Assembly (NCBI GenBank): GCA_001816585.1
Contig: MHCJ01000003.1
Coordinates: 220,228-284,227, forward strand
Length of the DNA: 64,000 nt
DNA from: Candidatus Chisholmbacteria bacterium RIFCSPHIGHO2_01_FULL_52_32
Lineage (GTDB): Bacteria > Patescibacteriota > Microgenomatia > UBA1400 > Chisholmbacteraceae
Direction of reading: 5' to 3'
Position numbers and translations under genes: made by a program. Under the pieces are notes generated by a model. That model ran no database searches. It was not told the DNA's origin and saw only the letters and a list, made by a program, of their open reading frames with translations. Of this stretch, positions 46,467 through 55,717 are shown in pieces (positions within the stretch are counted from its first letter, which is position 1; each line of letters begins with the position of its first letter).

Positions 46467-47695
46467 CGATACCTCCTCAAGTGGTTGATAATTGTCTGTG
46501 CGTCGTTTTCCGATATGTGGATGTGGGTCGGCAGATTGATCGATTGGCGACAGAGTTTTTCGGCAACCGGACAGCTACCCGGTTTATAACCCACCTTTCT
46601 TACGTTTACTCCGGCCGGTGCCACCGGAGTTTGGTACCAGTCCCCCAGCTCGATATGGTTTTGCCTCGCTTCCCTGATAATACGCGTTGCCATATTAGAA
46701 CGGACTGTATAACGAAGGTAGATGGGTTTTATGTTTTTCTTCTCGATCGGAAGCACGAGTTCACTGTTTTCCAGTTCCCTATTGTAGATCTTGGTGATTT
46801 TTCTTCGGTGCGCGTTAAAGCGCTCTAATTTTTGGAATTGGTGTAAGGCCAGAAGGGCAAGTGCATTGGGTATTTTTTTGTCTATGAAGGAGGGTTTCCG
46901 GCCCTGCTTTTCCAGTTCCTCCACCGCTTTTGAAAGCAGCGTCAATCGATACGCCAACCAGAGCAGTGCCTTTCCGAAGGAAAACATTTCGTACATCGGT
47001 TTTGCAACTGCCGTCATGGGAAGATGGCGGAGCTGCTTAAGAATCCAGTATCTTGATGGATACGGTAATGATTGCTGATACCGGCTTATTTTGAGAGCCA
47101 ACAAAGAGTTATTTGTCACGGCAACGCCGCCGAAAATTGAGGACAGCACTTTATCTCTTCCAAAGCTAAAAAAACCGGCGTCACCGAATGACCCGACAAG
47201 CTTTCCTTTGTACCTTGCGCCCATTGCGTGCGCGCAGTCCTCAATCACAAAAAGCTTATGTTTCTTCGCGAGTTTGAGAAGAGCATCCATTTCTGCAGGG
47301 TGGCCGAAGGTATGTTGGATAATGAGGACTTTGCTTCTCGCGGTGATCTTACGGGTGAGATCCGCCGGGGACATCGTAAAGGTTTGTTCTTCGCAGTCGA
47401 CGTACACGGGTGTTACCCCTGCCCAGATAACCGGGTCCGGTACCGCCACGCAGGTATAGGCTTGGAGTAATACCTCATCCTCTTTATTGAGGTTGAGCGA
47501 TGACAGAATAGCCAGGAGACAGGACCGTCCGCATGAGAATGCGAACGCATGTTTTATTGGTAACCAGTTTTTGAACGCGTTTTCAAGACTTACGGCTGCG
47601 CTGCCCGTGACCCATTTTCGGGGTGAGAAGAACGTTTTTATCGCGAGCACGATGTCATCTGTCTCTGCGTTCGGTGAAAGACTGGTAAAAATCAT
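46463..47695 (-). CDS. DegT/DnrJ/EryC1/StrS PLP-dependent sugar aminotransferase
   Basis: YTCVAV, QHTFG, VIEDCAHA, GDAGFFSFGRDK, INLPTH. Confidence 0.9.
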   Translation of the reverse strand: MIFTSLSPNAETDDIVLAIKTFFSPRKWVTGSAAVSLENAFKNWLPIKHAFAFSCGRSCLLAILSSLNLNKEDEVLLQAYTCVAVPDPVIWAGVTPVYVDCEEQTFTMSPADLTRKITARSKVLIIQHTFGHPAEMDALLKLAKKHKLFVIEDCAHAMGARYKGKLVGSFGDAGFFSFGRDKVLSSIFGGVAVTNNSLLALKISRYQQSLPYPSRYWILKQLRHLPMTAVAKPMYEMFSFGKALLWLAYRLTLLSKAVEELEKQGRKPSFIDKKIPNALALLALHQFQKLERFNAHRRKITKIYNRELENSELVLPIEKKNIKPIYLRYTVRSNMATRIIREARQNHIELGDWYQTPVAPAGVNVRKVGYKPGSCPVAEKLCRQSINLPTHIHISENDAQTIINHLRRYR

Positions 47696-48684
47696 CGCAG
47701 TCGTTTTGTTACCACCTTTTTCGTAACCTTGATGGATGTTGGGCCGCGGTCGGCAAGGATAATCGGATTTTGCAGGATATCCACACTTAACGTTTTGCCT
47801 CCGAATTTCAGAGGAATGTCACAGCCTATTGAACAAGCAATGCGGTCGCTTCCGACAAAACCGAACCTGCCTGATTTTGAAAATCTTCCGGTTGTCCGTA
47901 AGTTTTCTGCCGAAGGATCGACCGGAAGCCATCTCCCATCGGGAAGCAGGACTTCGGCCCAGGCGTGCATGGTGCTTTTCGGATAGCCCGCCCAAAAGCC
48001 GGAAACGAGGCGGGCGGGCAGATGTTGGGCAATACAGAAGCTTATAAACAAGGTGTTAAATCCCCCGCAATCCACGCTTGGCATCTCAAGGGCATCCAGG
48101 GACGTGTAAAGCCCTTCAATGGGATTTCCATAGGTCAGATGAGTTACCACATATCGGTTGAGTTTGCGGGCTATGAGGCGCGGATCGGTTTCTCCGCGAA
48201 CGATGGTTTTTGATAAAACTTTTATCCTGTTTGAGTTTGATTGAAGGTGTGTGCTCGGACGGAAGAAAAGCAATGCCTCTTTGGGAACGACTTTCGTGTG
48301 TTTGATGCCCGAAAGCCCGATCATTTCCACTTTCCTCGGTGAAACCTCCACTGCGGCGGTGAGGCTAAATCGTCGTGTTTCGTTGGACGCAAGGACTATG
48401 TTCCAACTTGCATACTCGTTTCCGAAGACATCATCTGTTCGGATGTCGGTCGGAATTGGCCGATATTTTGTCCCTGCTTGCCTTCTTTGGTACGGCGTCT
48501 CCAGAGGAACGGGGATTGAAACGGAAATGCTGTTTTTCCTCGCGGCCGTGTTTTTGACCGAGACTCTGAAGCGAAGCAGATAGGTTTGTTTTGTGGTGAA
48601 GAAAGACAGACCCAGTTTTTCCCGGGCCAGCGATATGTTTTTCTTGATGAACACTGAAGAGGATGAGCCCATTATTACCAGCAC
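47692..48684 (-). CDS. Transglutaminase-like domain protein
   Basis: VDCGGF, PARLVSG, HAWAEV, WLPVDP (Cys-His-Asp triad). Confidence 0.85.
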   Translation of the reverse strand: MLVIMGSSSSVFIKKNISLAREKLGLSFFTTKQTYLLRFRVSVKNTAARKNSISVSIPVPLETPYQRRQAGTKYRPIPTDIRTDDVFGNEYASWNIVLASNETRRFSLTAAVEVSPRKVEMIGLSGIKHTKVVPKEALLFFRPSTHLQSNSNRIKVLSKTIVRGETDPRLIARKLNRYVVTHLTYGNPIEGLYTSLDALEMPSVDCGGFNTLFISFCIAQHLPARLVSGFWAGYPKSTMHAWAEVLLPDGRWLPVDPSAENLRTTGRFSKSGRFGFVGSDRIACSIGCDIPLKFGGKTLSVDILQNPIILADRGPTSIKVTKKVVTKRLR

Positions 48685-48838
48685 GTCGTCCGCTTATTCT
48701 ATCCTATTTAACAATCTACCGCCTCCATACCGATCGTTAAACGAGACAGCATTATTCAACTTCCTGGCTTGTGGAAATCGATCTGCGGACATCTGTTTTG
48801 TCTATCGGTCGGGCTGTGGTAAAATTTGGATGTCTCAC

Positions 48839-49040
48839 GCGGGTATAGTTGAAAGGCTGGACGTCAAACGTCCCAGGCAATGCCACCCTTCCCCGCCTGC
48901 AGACGCTATGCGGGATTAGTACAATGGTAGTACGCCACCCTTCCAAGGTGGATGTGCCAGTTCGATTCTGGTATCCCGCTCAGAGCGTTGCATTGCGGGC
49001 AGGCAAGGTGGAGATGCGGGTTCGATTCCCGCTATCCGCT
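48839..49040 (+). pseudogene. Interrupted outer tRNA-Gly(TCC) enclosing a complete tRNA-Gly
   Basis: Acceptor GCGGGTA/TATCCGC, U73; anticodon arm CCACC-CTTCC|AA-GGTGG split by a 112-nt insert (48893-49004); perfect T arm GCGGG-TTCGATT-CCCGC; extra hairpin in D loop. Confidence 0.8.
48910..48980 (+). tRNA. tRNA-Gly(TCC)
   Basis: GCGGGAT/ATCCCGC acceptor stem, GTAC/GTAC D stem, CCACC-CTTCCAA-GGTGG anticodon arm. Confidence 0.95.
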
Positions 49041-49162
49041 CATCTTGCCAAAAGGAGGATGAGCGAGGCTCGCCCCGCACAAGAGGCGGGCGGCCCGCTA
49101 CGGGCTTTTTGGCGTAATTTAATGGATGGAGATACTTATTTTGGTATGCCAAAAAGGTGATT

Positions 49163-49234
49163 GCCCCTGTAGCTCAATGGATAGAGCACGCCCCTTCTAA
49201 GGGCAAGATGGAGGTTCGATTCCTCTCAGGGGTG
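49163..49234 (+). tRNA. tRNA-Arg(TCT)
   Basis: GCCC-CTTCTAA-GGGC anticodon arm, GGATA D loop, GTTCGA T loop. Confidence 0.92.
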
Positions 49235-49339
49235 CAAGATAAAGTGAAAAGTTAAACCCATTCGACAAGCCCTTCGGCCGCGAGCTCAGGACCGAGTGGC
49301 TCAGAGCAAGAATGAAAAGTTAAAAGTTATCATACGTTT

Positions 49340-49528
49340 ATGGGATATGATGATCCGCTGACAGATGCCTATTACGATCGGAAGCTTGCCAACGATATCA
49401 AGTGGCAGGCTCAGCAAGCGACTCGTAAGGGCTATCATAAGGTTGCCAAAGAGCTTTGGGACGCGTACAATTCCCTTCTTTCTGAGGCTCACCTTGAAGA
49501 AGAGAAAGCGCGAGAAAAAAGCGAATGA
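49340..49528 (+). CDS. Small hypothetical protein
   Basis: 62-aa helical ORF between tRNA-Arg and tRNA-His. Confidence 0.5.
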   Translation: MGYDDPLTDAYYDRKLANDIKWQAQQATRKGYHKVAKELWDAYNSLLSEAHLEEEKAREKSE

Positions 49529-49531
49529 CAT

Positions 49532-49607
49532 GGTGGTCGTAGCTCAACGGTAGAGCGTCGCCCTGTGGAGGCGAATGTTGCGGGTTCGATTCCCGTCGGC
49601 CACCCCA
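49532..49607 (+). tRNA. tRNA-His(GTG)
   Basis: G-1, TCGCC-CTGTGGA-GGCGA anticodon arm, C73, encoded CCA. Confidence 0.95.
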
Positions 49608-49659
49608 AGGAAAAGGTCACGCCTCGCTGTCTATTCATCTTTTTTTATATGAAGCGGTT

Positions 49660-51282
49660 GTGAAGACTTTTTTCTCTTTCAAAAAGCGCTTTCCTATGCC
49701 TCTTCCATGGAAATTTCGGTTCAAGCTCGGTAGAAGGGCTTTGCTTCAGAAGCATGAACAATATCTTATCCTGATTCTCTTTTTCCTTGCGGTGCTGTTT
49801 CGTTTTATCCTGGTTCGCGACAACTCCGTTCATTTCTACTTTGATCAAGCGCGAGACGCTTACACTTCCCGCCATATTCTTGAGAAGAAAGATTTCAAGA
49901 TCCAGGGGCCCTCGGCCAGCGCAACGGATGATTCCGTTTATCACGGAGTTCTCTACTACTATCTTATTGGCCCAATTTATACCTTTTCCGGGGGAAACCC
50001 GGGAGCTGCTGTATCTTTCCTGATTGTTCTTACTTCTTCCGCTGTCGTGCCTATTTACCTTATTGCCAGAGGACTGTCAGGATCTATTATCGTTTCGCTT
50101 TTTTCTGCTGTCCTTTACGCTTTCTCGGCTGATGCTGCACAGATGGATTCTCAGCTTATCAATTCAAGCCTAGCCGGTGTGACGATGGCTTGGGTATATT
50201 ATTTTCTTTGGAGGGTATTTTTCGACGGCCAGACAAAGTACCTCCCTGCATTATTTCTCTTCCTGGGACTGACCCAGCAATCGGCGGTATTCTCTGTTTA
50301 TTTGTTCTGGAGCATTGCCGTTTTTTATTTTATACGGGCTCAAGAAAAGAACCGAGTTATCCTGTTTGAGGCAAAGACGTTCGTACGAGCTGCTGCGGTG
50401 TATTTCCTGGCAACGGCTAGCATGATTCTGACCCAAGTTCGCCTGTTTCAAGCCGGAATTTTTTCCCCGCAAAAAGTCCTTTCGGGGGTTCGATTCGATG
50501 TCGATGCAGCGGAAAAATTTTCCAATATTTTCAATTTCTACTTAAGGAAAATATCAAATGCCTTGTTCCCTTCCCTCCCAACAATTTCCTTATTCACTTT
50601 TTTTATCGCTTTTATTTGGTTTTTCTCACAGCGGAAGTACAGACATACAAGGCTTTTTTTAACGGTTTGGTTACTTGGCCCACTGTTTCTGTTCAGCTTT
50701 GCCTTCCGGGATCATTACCACACCATGGTCGGGATTCTTCCTTCCATCTTTATTATCCTTTCCATTGCGCTTTCCGTCCTTACAAAGACTGGGATTGGTA
50801 AAATCCTGGTCGCATCATTTTTTTTCCTTTTTCTTTTGTCTAATTTTACTGTGCTTAACACCTATCGCCGGCAACAGTTCGACGATCTGTCGGTCCAGAA
50901 AGGTGCGTACCTTCAGAGACAGATTAATCTGATTGATCGAACGTACAAGATTGCTTTCGGAAAGCCTTTTTCCATTTCTTCCCTCACCGCTCCGCACGGA
51001 TACGGCACCACCTGGGCGTACCTTTATGATTGGTATGGGCTTAAAAAGTATGGCTATAAACCATACTGGTTTGGGGGGTCCCAGGTCGGTATCCCGGCGG
51101 GAGAGCTACTGGAGCGGGTTGAGAAGCCTTCCGATCTTCACTTTACCATTTATGAACCGGACCCGGGCACCATCGAATTTCACCGTTTACAGTTCATTCA
51201 GCTTCAGAACGATTATATGGGGTCCCCGTCGGCAGACTATCGGTTCGGGCGTCTTCAGCTTGAGCAGCGGGACCGGTATTGA
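49660..51282 (+). CDS. GT-C fold membrane glycosyltransferase (ArnT/PMT-like)
   Basis: FxxDQARD motif after first TM, GP..., YHGVLYYYL, many TM helices; start uncertain. Confidence 0.8.
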   Translation: MKTFFSFKKRFPMPLPWKFRFKLGRRALLQKHEQYLILILFFLAVLFRFILVRDNSVHFYFDQARDAYTSRHILEKKDFKIQGPSASATDDSVYHGVLYYYLIGPIYTFSGGNPGAAVSFLIVLTSSAVVPIYLIARGLSGSIIVSLFSAVLYAFSADAAQMDSQLINSSLAGVTMAWVYYFLWRVFFDGQTKYLPALFLFLGLTQQSAVFSVYLFWSIAVFYFIRAQEKNRVILFEAKTFVRAAAVYFLATASMILTQVRLFQAGIFSPQKVLSGVRFDVDAAEKFSNIFNFYLRKISNALFPSLPTISLFTFFIAFIWFFSQRKYRHTRLFLTVWLLGPLFLFSFAFRDHYHTMVGILPSIFIILSIALSVLTKTGIGKILVASFFFLFLLSNFTVLNTYRRQQFDDLSVQKGAYLQRQINLIDRTYKIAFGKPFSISSLTAPHGYGTTWAYLYDWYGLKKYGYKPYWFGGSQVGIPAGELLERVEKPSDLHFTIYEPDPGTIEFHRLQFIQLQNDYMGSPSADYRFGRLQLEQRDRY

Positions 51283-51694
51283 TTGAAGGTTCACCGATAC
51301 CCGGTGTATTGGTGGGTTTTTGCGGTGGTTGAGAAGGTCTGTCATTCGTATCCGTTTCCGATTGGATTATGTTTGATTTGAACTTGGAGCGGCGGATGAT
51401 GCCGATTACGCTCCCAAGGGTTAAGCCGGGTAACAGTTCTTTTCCTTCGTACAGCGCTTTTTTGTCTTCGAGCTGTTTAATAAGGTCCGTGAGGTCATCT
51501 GCGACGGAGATCGCGCGCGTCAGCTCCTCGTATTTTGAGATTTTCGTGCGGGCGAAGTGGGCGTATTCATAGAACAGGAGGATGAGGCCGAGAAGGATAA
51601 GGACGGCAAGGAGCATACCTTTCTGGGTGGCGTCACCGGCTATGAAGACAAAAAGACTGTAGGTGACAACAAGGACTGCGATCACCGCTTTCAT
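51194..51694 (-). CDS. Hypothetical membrane protein
   Basis: Two N-terminal TM helices and coiled coil; ATGA coupling with upstream ORF. Confidence 0.55.
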   Translation of the reverse strand: MKAVIAVLVVTYSLFVFIAGDATQKGMLLAVLILLGLILLFYEYAHFARTKISKYEELTRAISVADDLTDLIKQLEDKKALYEGKELLPGLTLGSVIGIIRRSKFKSNIIQSETDTNDRPSQPPQKPTNTPGIGEPSINTGPAAQAEDARTDSLPTGTPYNRSEAE

Positions 51695-51996
51695 AGAAGT
51701 TTTTTTGTTGTTTCCTCCTCCTTCTTTTCAAGTTGATGTTCCAGCTCTTCTAAGCGCTCGGAAAAGCGTTTTTTTGTTTCTTCAAGATCCGCTTTAAGCT
51801 GTCTTTCCTGATAGAAAGCAGTAATGGCAACAACGCCCGTGAGGAAGAAGAAGGTTTCAGCCAATGTTCTTTTCCCGAAGAACAAGAATGCGAGCCCGCC
51901 CGCAACAACCGCGACAATAAGCATTACCCGACGATTCGGCATTTTTATCGCCTTCTGTATAAAAGCGTAGACCGTTTCGCTGAATTTGGCAAGCAA
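51691..51996 (-). CDS. Hypothetical membrane protein
   Basis: Two TM helices then charged coiled coil. Confidence 0.55.
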   Translation of the reverse strand: MLAKFSETVYAFIQKAIKMPNRRVMLIVAVVAGGLAFLFFGKRTLAETFFFLTGVVAITAFYQERQLKADLEETKKRFSERLEELEHQLEKKEEETTKKLL

Positions 51997-51999
51997 ACG

Positions 52000-52210
52000 C
52001 TACGGAGTAACTTCAAAGAGCGTCATAATAATTCCTTTCAGTTCGACCCTTACGGGTCTGAAGCCCATGAATGCCTCTCCGGTCGGGACAATTTCAACAC
52101 TTGGATCCAGGTGGACTAACTCTGCATCGAGGCTTGGTCCGGAGAGGAGCAAGCGAGCCGATTTATTTTCATACGACACAGCTCTCGGTTGACTTTCTGA
52201 AGATCCCATG
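52000..52210 (-). CDS. Small hypothetical protein
   Basis: ORF closely packed with the two downstream ORFs. Confidence 0.4.
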
Positions 52211-52340
52211 TATGTTTTGGCTTCTTTATTGCGAATACACAAAAAACCAGAGCGCTTCCTTCGACAAGCTCAGGATAAATAGGCTCTGGGAATTAATCCT
52301 ACTTTTACGAGGCAGGCCGTGTCAATACGACGATTTTCCT

Positions 52341-53588
52341 CTAGGTCTTTCGGATGCTGTTACGGAGCACCTCCTCCGGAGTTGTAATACCTTGTTCGCA
52401 CTTTTCCAGGCCGTCCCGGAAAAGTGAGATAAAGCCTTCTTTCTGAAGCGTGTCGCGGAGGATGTCCTCGTTGGCTTTGGCACGGATAAGGTCCCTCATC
52501 CTTGCAGTCATCGTCAGTACTTCATAGATTCCGGTTCGTCCCTGGTAGCCAAGGTCCTGGCAGGAAAGACAGCCTTTTCCCTTGACGAGTTTTTTCGGAG
52601 GTCTGCCAAGAATTTTCTGAAACAGGTCCAATTCCTGAGGAGAAGCCTGGTACTCGGCATTGCACTCCGGACATACTCTCCTGACCAGCCGCTGGGCAAC
52701 GATTCCCAATATGGAGGAGTTTAAAAGGTAGGTTTCAATGCCGAGGTCAAGCAGTCGAAAAAGGGCGCCGACCGCATCTCCGGCATGGATGGTTGAGAGG
52801 ACAAGTTGTCCGGTAAGGCCGGATTCGACGGCGATTTCGGCTGTTTCTTTGTCACGAATCTCTCCAACCAGGATAATATCGGGACTTAACCGGACGATCG
52901 TCCGTAAACCCTCTGCGAAGCTGAACCCGGCCTCTGCGTTTGTCTGCATCTGATTGACTCCCGGGAGCTGAAATTCCACGGGATCTTCAATGGTCATGAT
53001 ATTGTAGTTCTGATTGAGGTTGATTTTTGAAATGGTTGAGTACAAGGTTGTTGTTTTTCCGCATCCCGTTGGGCCGCAGACAAGAATCAGGCCGCTCCTG
53101 GCATTGAGCATTTCCTGATAGTTTTGGTAGGCTTGGGCGTTGAACCCCAGTTCGGAGAGTTCCATGATAATGGTTCGCTTCTCGTGAATACGTATGACGA
53201 TCACTTCTCCGTGGACGGTCTGCGCAATTTCAACCCGAAGATTTACTGCTCTTCCCTCGATGTCCAAAGACAACTGACCTTCCTGGATTTTCCTTTTTTC
53301 CGTAGGATCAAGCTTTGCCAGGATCTTGATGCGGGAGGACACTTCCGGGTAGTCATCGTGGGTGATCTCGCCGAGCTCGTAGAATACTCCGTCGATCTTT
53401 GCCCTGATCCGAACGACCGCCTTCATCGGCTCTATTAGGAGATCTGAAGCCTGAAGCGAGGCGGACTCGCGCAGTAGCGTGTTCACGAACGGAATCGCAT
53501 CAATTGGAGATTGGGCAAACGCATCCCGCAAGAAGCGGGTTGAGACCTTCTGTGGGGTTTGGGGTTCGGTGGGCAAGGTCTTGGTCAT
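52341..53588 (-). CDS. Second GspE/PilB-family ATPase (no N-terminal extension)
   Basis: ASDLLIEP, GPTGCGKTTT, TIEDPVE, RLSPDIILVGEIRD, STIHA, CPEC..CLSC, GRTGIYE. Confidence 0.92.
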   Translation of the reverse strand: MTKTLPTEPQTPQKVSTRFLRDAFAQSPIDAIPFVNTLLRESASLQASDLLIEPMKAVVRIRAKIDGVFYELGEITHDDYPEVSSRIKILAKLDPTEKRKIQEGQLSLDIEGRAVNLRVEIAQTVHGEVIVIRIHEKRTIIMELSELGFNAQAYQNYQEMLNARSGLILVCGPTGCGKTTTLYSTISKINLNQNYNIMTIEDPVEFQLPGVNQMQTNAEAGFSFAEGLRTIVRLSPDIILVGEIRDKETAEIAVESGLTGQLVLSTIHAGDAVGALFRLLDLGIETYLLNSSILGIVAQRLVRRVCPECNAEYQASPQELDLFQKILGRPPKKLVKGKGCLSCQDLGYQGRTGIYEVLTMTARMRDLIRAKANEDILRDTLQKEGFISLFRDGLEKCEQGITTPEEVLRNSIRKT

Positions 53589-53659
53589 TGAGGGCTTCTT
53601 TGACCAGGTTAACATAGCCAAAACCTCGGGTCAATTCAAAAGCAGGATCCCTTAATGGA

Positions 53660-55015
53660 TCAGGAGCGCTCGATGGTATAGGTCGTTAAGTGGAAGAGGA
53701 ATGCAGCGGGGCTGTCTTCAACCAGAAATCGCTGGAAATCCTGATAAATTTGGGTGCGTTCTTTTTGGTCTTCGATTTGGCGTCCGTCTTCGAGCAGTTT
53801 ATCGATCTTGGGGCTGTTGTAACGAGTCAGGTTTGTTCTTTGGGTTGAATGCCAGAGGCTGTACTGGTCCGGGTCAGGAGGGATCTCCTGACCAATGAGG
53901 AGCGTCTGAAATGAATCCGGGATAAAGGTTGCCACTTTGACCGTTGTGGGGATACCCAAAGCCAACCACTGCTCTTTGATATGCTCCGCCGTCGTCAGAT
54001 ATGGGAGGGTCGTCGTTAATTCCAGATTTGGATTAAAGTTCGGATTTCCTTCTTTTTCCACTTCGAGGAGACGTTTCGCATCTTCGAGGTTAAACTCGTA
54101 TGGTTTTACCTGTGGGTTGAACGCCCAAGAGGTCGGACTAATCGGGCTAATTGTGCGTTTGTCATCAGACGGTTTGTCCGGAATGGCATATGTTAATGCC
54201 TGACGAAATCCTTTACTCACAAGAAACTGATCGTTGGTGTTGTAAAAAAGTGCGACGTATCGGTCCTTATGATGGACCTCTTCAATCTTTGTATTCGGCC
54301 ATTGGGCTAACTCACCAGGAGAGGAAAGTTCAAGGACTTTGTCGACTTCGCCGAGCTTGAATGCAACGACCGCAGATTCTTGCGTCGGATAGAACCTGTA
54401 GTGGATGTTTCGTTCATCAGACTGGATGAACAGATCCGTTATCTCGTGGCCATTCCTCTTGATTTGCCTGACCCGCATCGGGCCTAAGCCAATCAGTGAC
54501 AACCTTCCCATGAAGAGTGGGGATTTTGTTTGCCGGAAGAGCGGTTGGCTGACGACCGTTGGAAGCGGGGCGAAGGGTTCTTTCAGATCAAAGGCAACCG
54601 TTTCTTTCGAAAGCACCGTGGTTGTAACATTCTGGAAATTGTATTTCACGTCTTCGGCAACAAACGGCTTTCCGTCTTGCCAGCGTACGTCTTTTTTTAG
54701 CGTGAAGATATATCGTTTTCCTTCCTCTTCGATCCTGAAGGATGTTGCAAGGGCCGGTTGGGCTTCCCCTTCCGGCGTTATACGGGTTAAGCCAAGGCTG
54801 ATTTGGTTTTGAATTTCCATAGGCAGTTCTGCCAATGTCGGACGCCCGATAATGGCAATTTTTTCTGTCGGGATAAGTTTCGGAAAGAAGCGAATAAGCC
54901 CCGGAGTTAGCAGAGACCCTGCTACGCCAAGTGCGACGCTTGAAATAAGAAGTTTCGGATGTTTTTTAAAGAAACCGGCCAGGAGCCAGTACGTGAAGCG
55001 GATTTTTTTGATCAT
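53660..55015 (-). CDS. ABC transporter substrate-binding protein, family 5 (peptide/nickel)
   Basis: GLTRI, PALA, YIFTLK..WQDG, DPDQYSLWHS, DKLLEDGR, DSPAAFL. Confidence 0.88.
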   Translation of the reverse strand: MIKKIRFTYWLLAGFFKKHPKLLISSVALGVAGSLLTPGLIRFFPKLIPTEKIAIIGRPTLAELPMEIQNQISLGLTRITPEGEAQPALATSFRIEEEGKRYIFTLKKDVRWQDGKPFVAEDVKYNFQNVTTTVLSKETVAFDLKEPFAPLPTVVSQPLFRQTKSPLFMGRLSLIGLGPMRVRQIKRNGHEITDLFIQSDERNIHYRFYPTQESAVVAFKLGEVDKVLELSSPGELAQWPNTKIEEVHHKDRYVALFYNTNDQFLVSKGFRQALTYAIPDKPSDDKRTISPISPTSWAFNPQVKPYEFNLEDAKRLLEVEKEGNPNFNPNLELTTTLPYLTTAEHIKEQWLALGIPTTVKVATFIPDSFQTLLIGQEIPPDPDQYSLWHSTQRTNLTRYNSPKIDKLLEDGRQIEDQKERTQIYQDFQRFLVEDSPAAFLFHLTTYTIERS

Positions 55016-55024
55016 ACTCAGGCC

Positions 55025-55243
55025 TTAGCGCAGGGCGAAGTTCACCGCTGCAAGTGTGAGGAAGAGAACGGTAAGAACCACGGTTGCCACGAGGAGTACG
55101 CGTTCGACACCTCTTTTGGAGCGGTACATTTCACCGCCTCCTCCCCATGCCGATCCGAGCCCGGTTCCTCTTGCTTGGAGGAGAATTGTTCCCATAAGAA
55201 GAATTGAAACAATAATCTGGATTACCAGAAGTACATTGCGCAT
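55025..55243 (-). CDS. secG: Preprotein translocase subunit SecG
   Basis: ILLQARGTGLGSAWGG, KRGVERVL, two TM helices. Confidence 0.92.
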   Translation of the reverse strand: MRNVLLVIQIIVSILLMGTILLQARGTGLGSAWGGGGEMYRSKRGVERVLLVATVVLTVLFLTLAAVNFALR

Positions 55244-55271
55244 CAGTGCCCTGAGTATACCATAACCCGGT

Positions 55272-55679
55272 TTACTCTTCGCTTGAGACCCAGATAAGGA
55301 AGCTACTGGTCAGGCTGATTGTCAGGGAGGCTACTACAAGCGTCCAAAACTTGGTCACCTCAAGCTCCGGCATCACGAATCCCCGGAATGTGTAACCCGG
55401 AAAAGTGAAAGAAGTTATCTTTATCTGTGAAACCGCAAGGGTTAAGAGAAACAACACCATCACGTTCACGATCCATCGAAAAGCCCCCATGGTAATAAGA
55501 TTCACCGGAAGGAGGAGAAGCGAAATGAGCGGTCTAATGAGACGGTTCATGAGCCCTAGGACCAAGGTAGCCAGTACGAGTGATTTTGTCCCGCCGTTAT
55601 TGGACACACCCGGTATCAGGAGAATTGCGGACTGGAGCGATGCCAAGCTAATGATGAAGGAACGCAGCAGCGATTTCAT
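55272..55679 (-). CDS. 4-TM membrane protein (phage holin superfamily IV / YvlD-like)
   Basis: LGLMNRLIRPLISLLLLPVNLITMG..VN pattern. Confidence 0.85.
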   Translation of the reverse strand: MKSLLRSFIISLASLQSAILLIPGVSNNGGTKSLVLATLVLGLMNRLIRPLISLLLLPVNLITMGAFRWIVNVMVLFLLTLAVSQIKITSFTFPGYTFRGFVMPELEVTKFWTLVVASLTISLTSSFLIWVSSEE

Positions 55680-55717
55680 GCTTATTGCTTACAGTATTCT
55701 CTAGGTTGAGTAGCCTG

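Noticed and set aside
48893-49004. Group I or archaeal-type tRNA intron
   Set aside because: Only 112 nt, of which 71 are a tRNA; no group I core elements and no clear bulge-helix-bulge seen
55272-55679. Prophage inferred from a holin-family gene
   Set aside because: This 4-TM family is a common chromosomal membrane protein; no phage structural, terminase or integrase genes nearby
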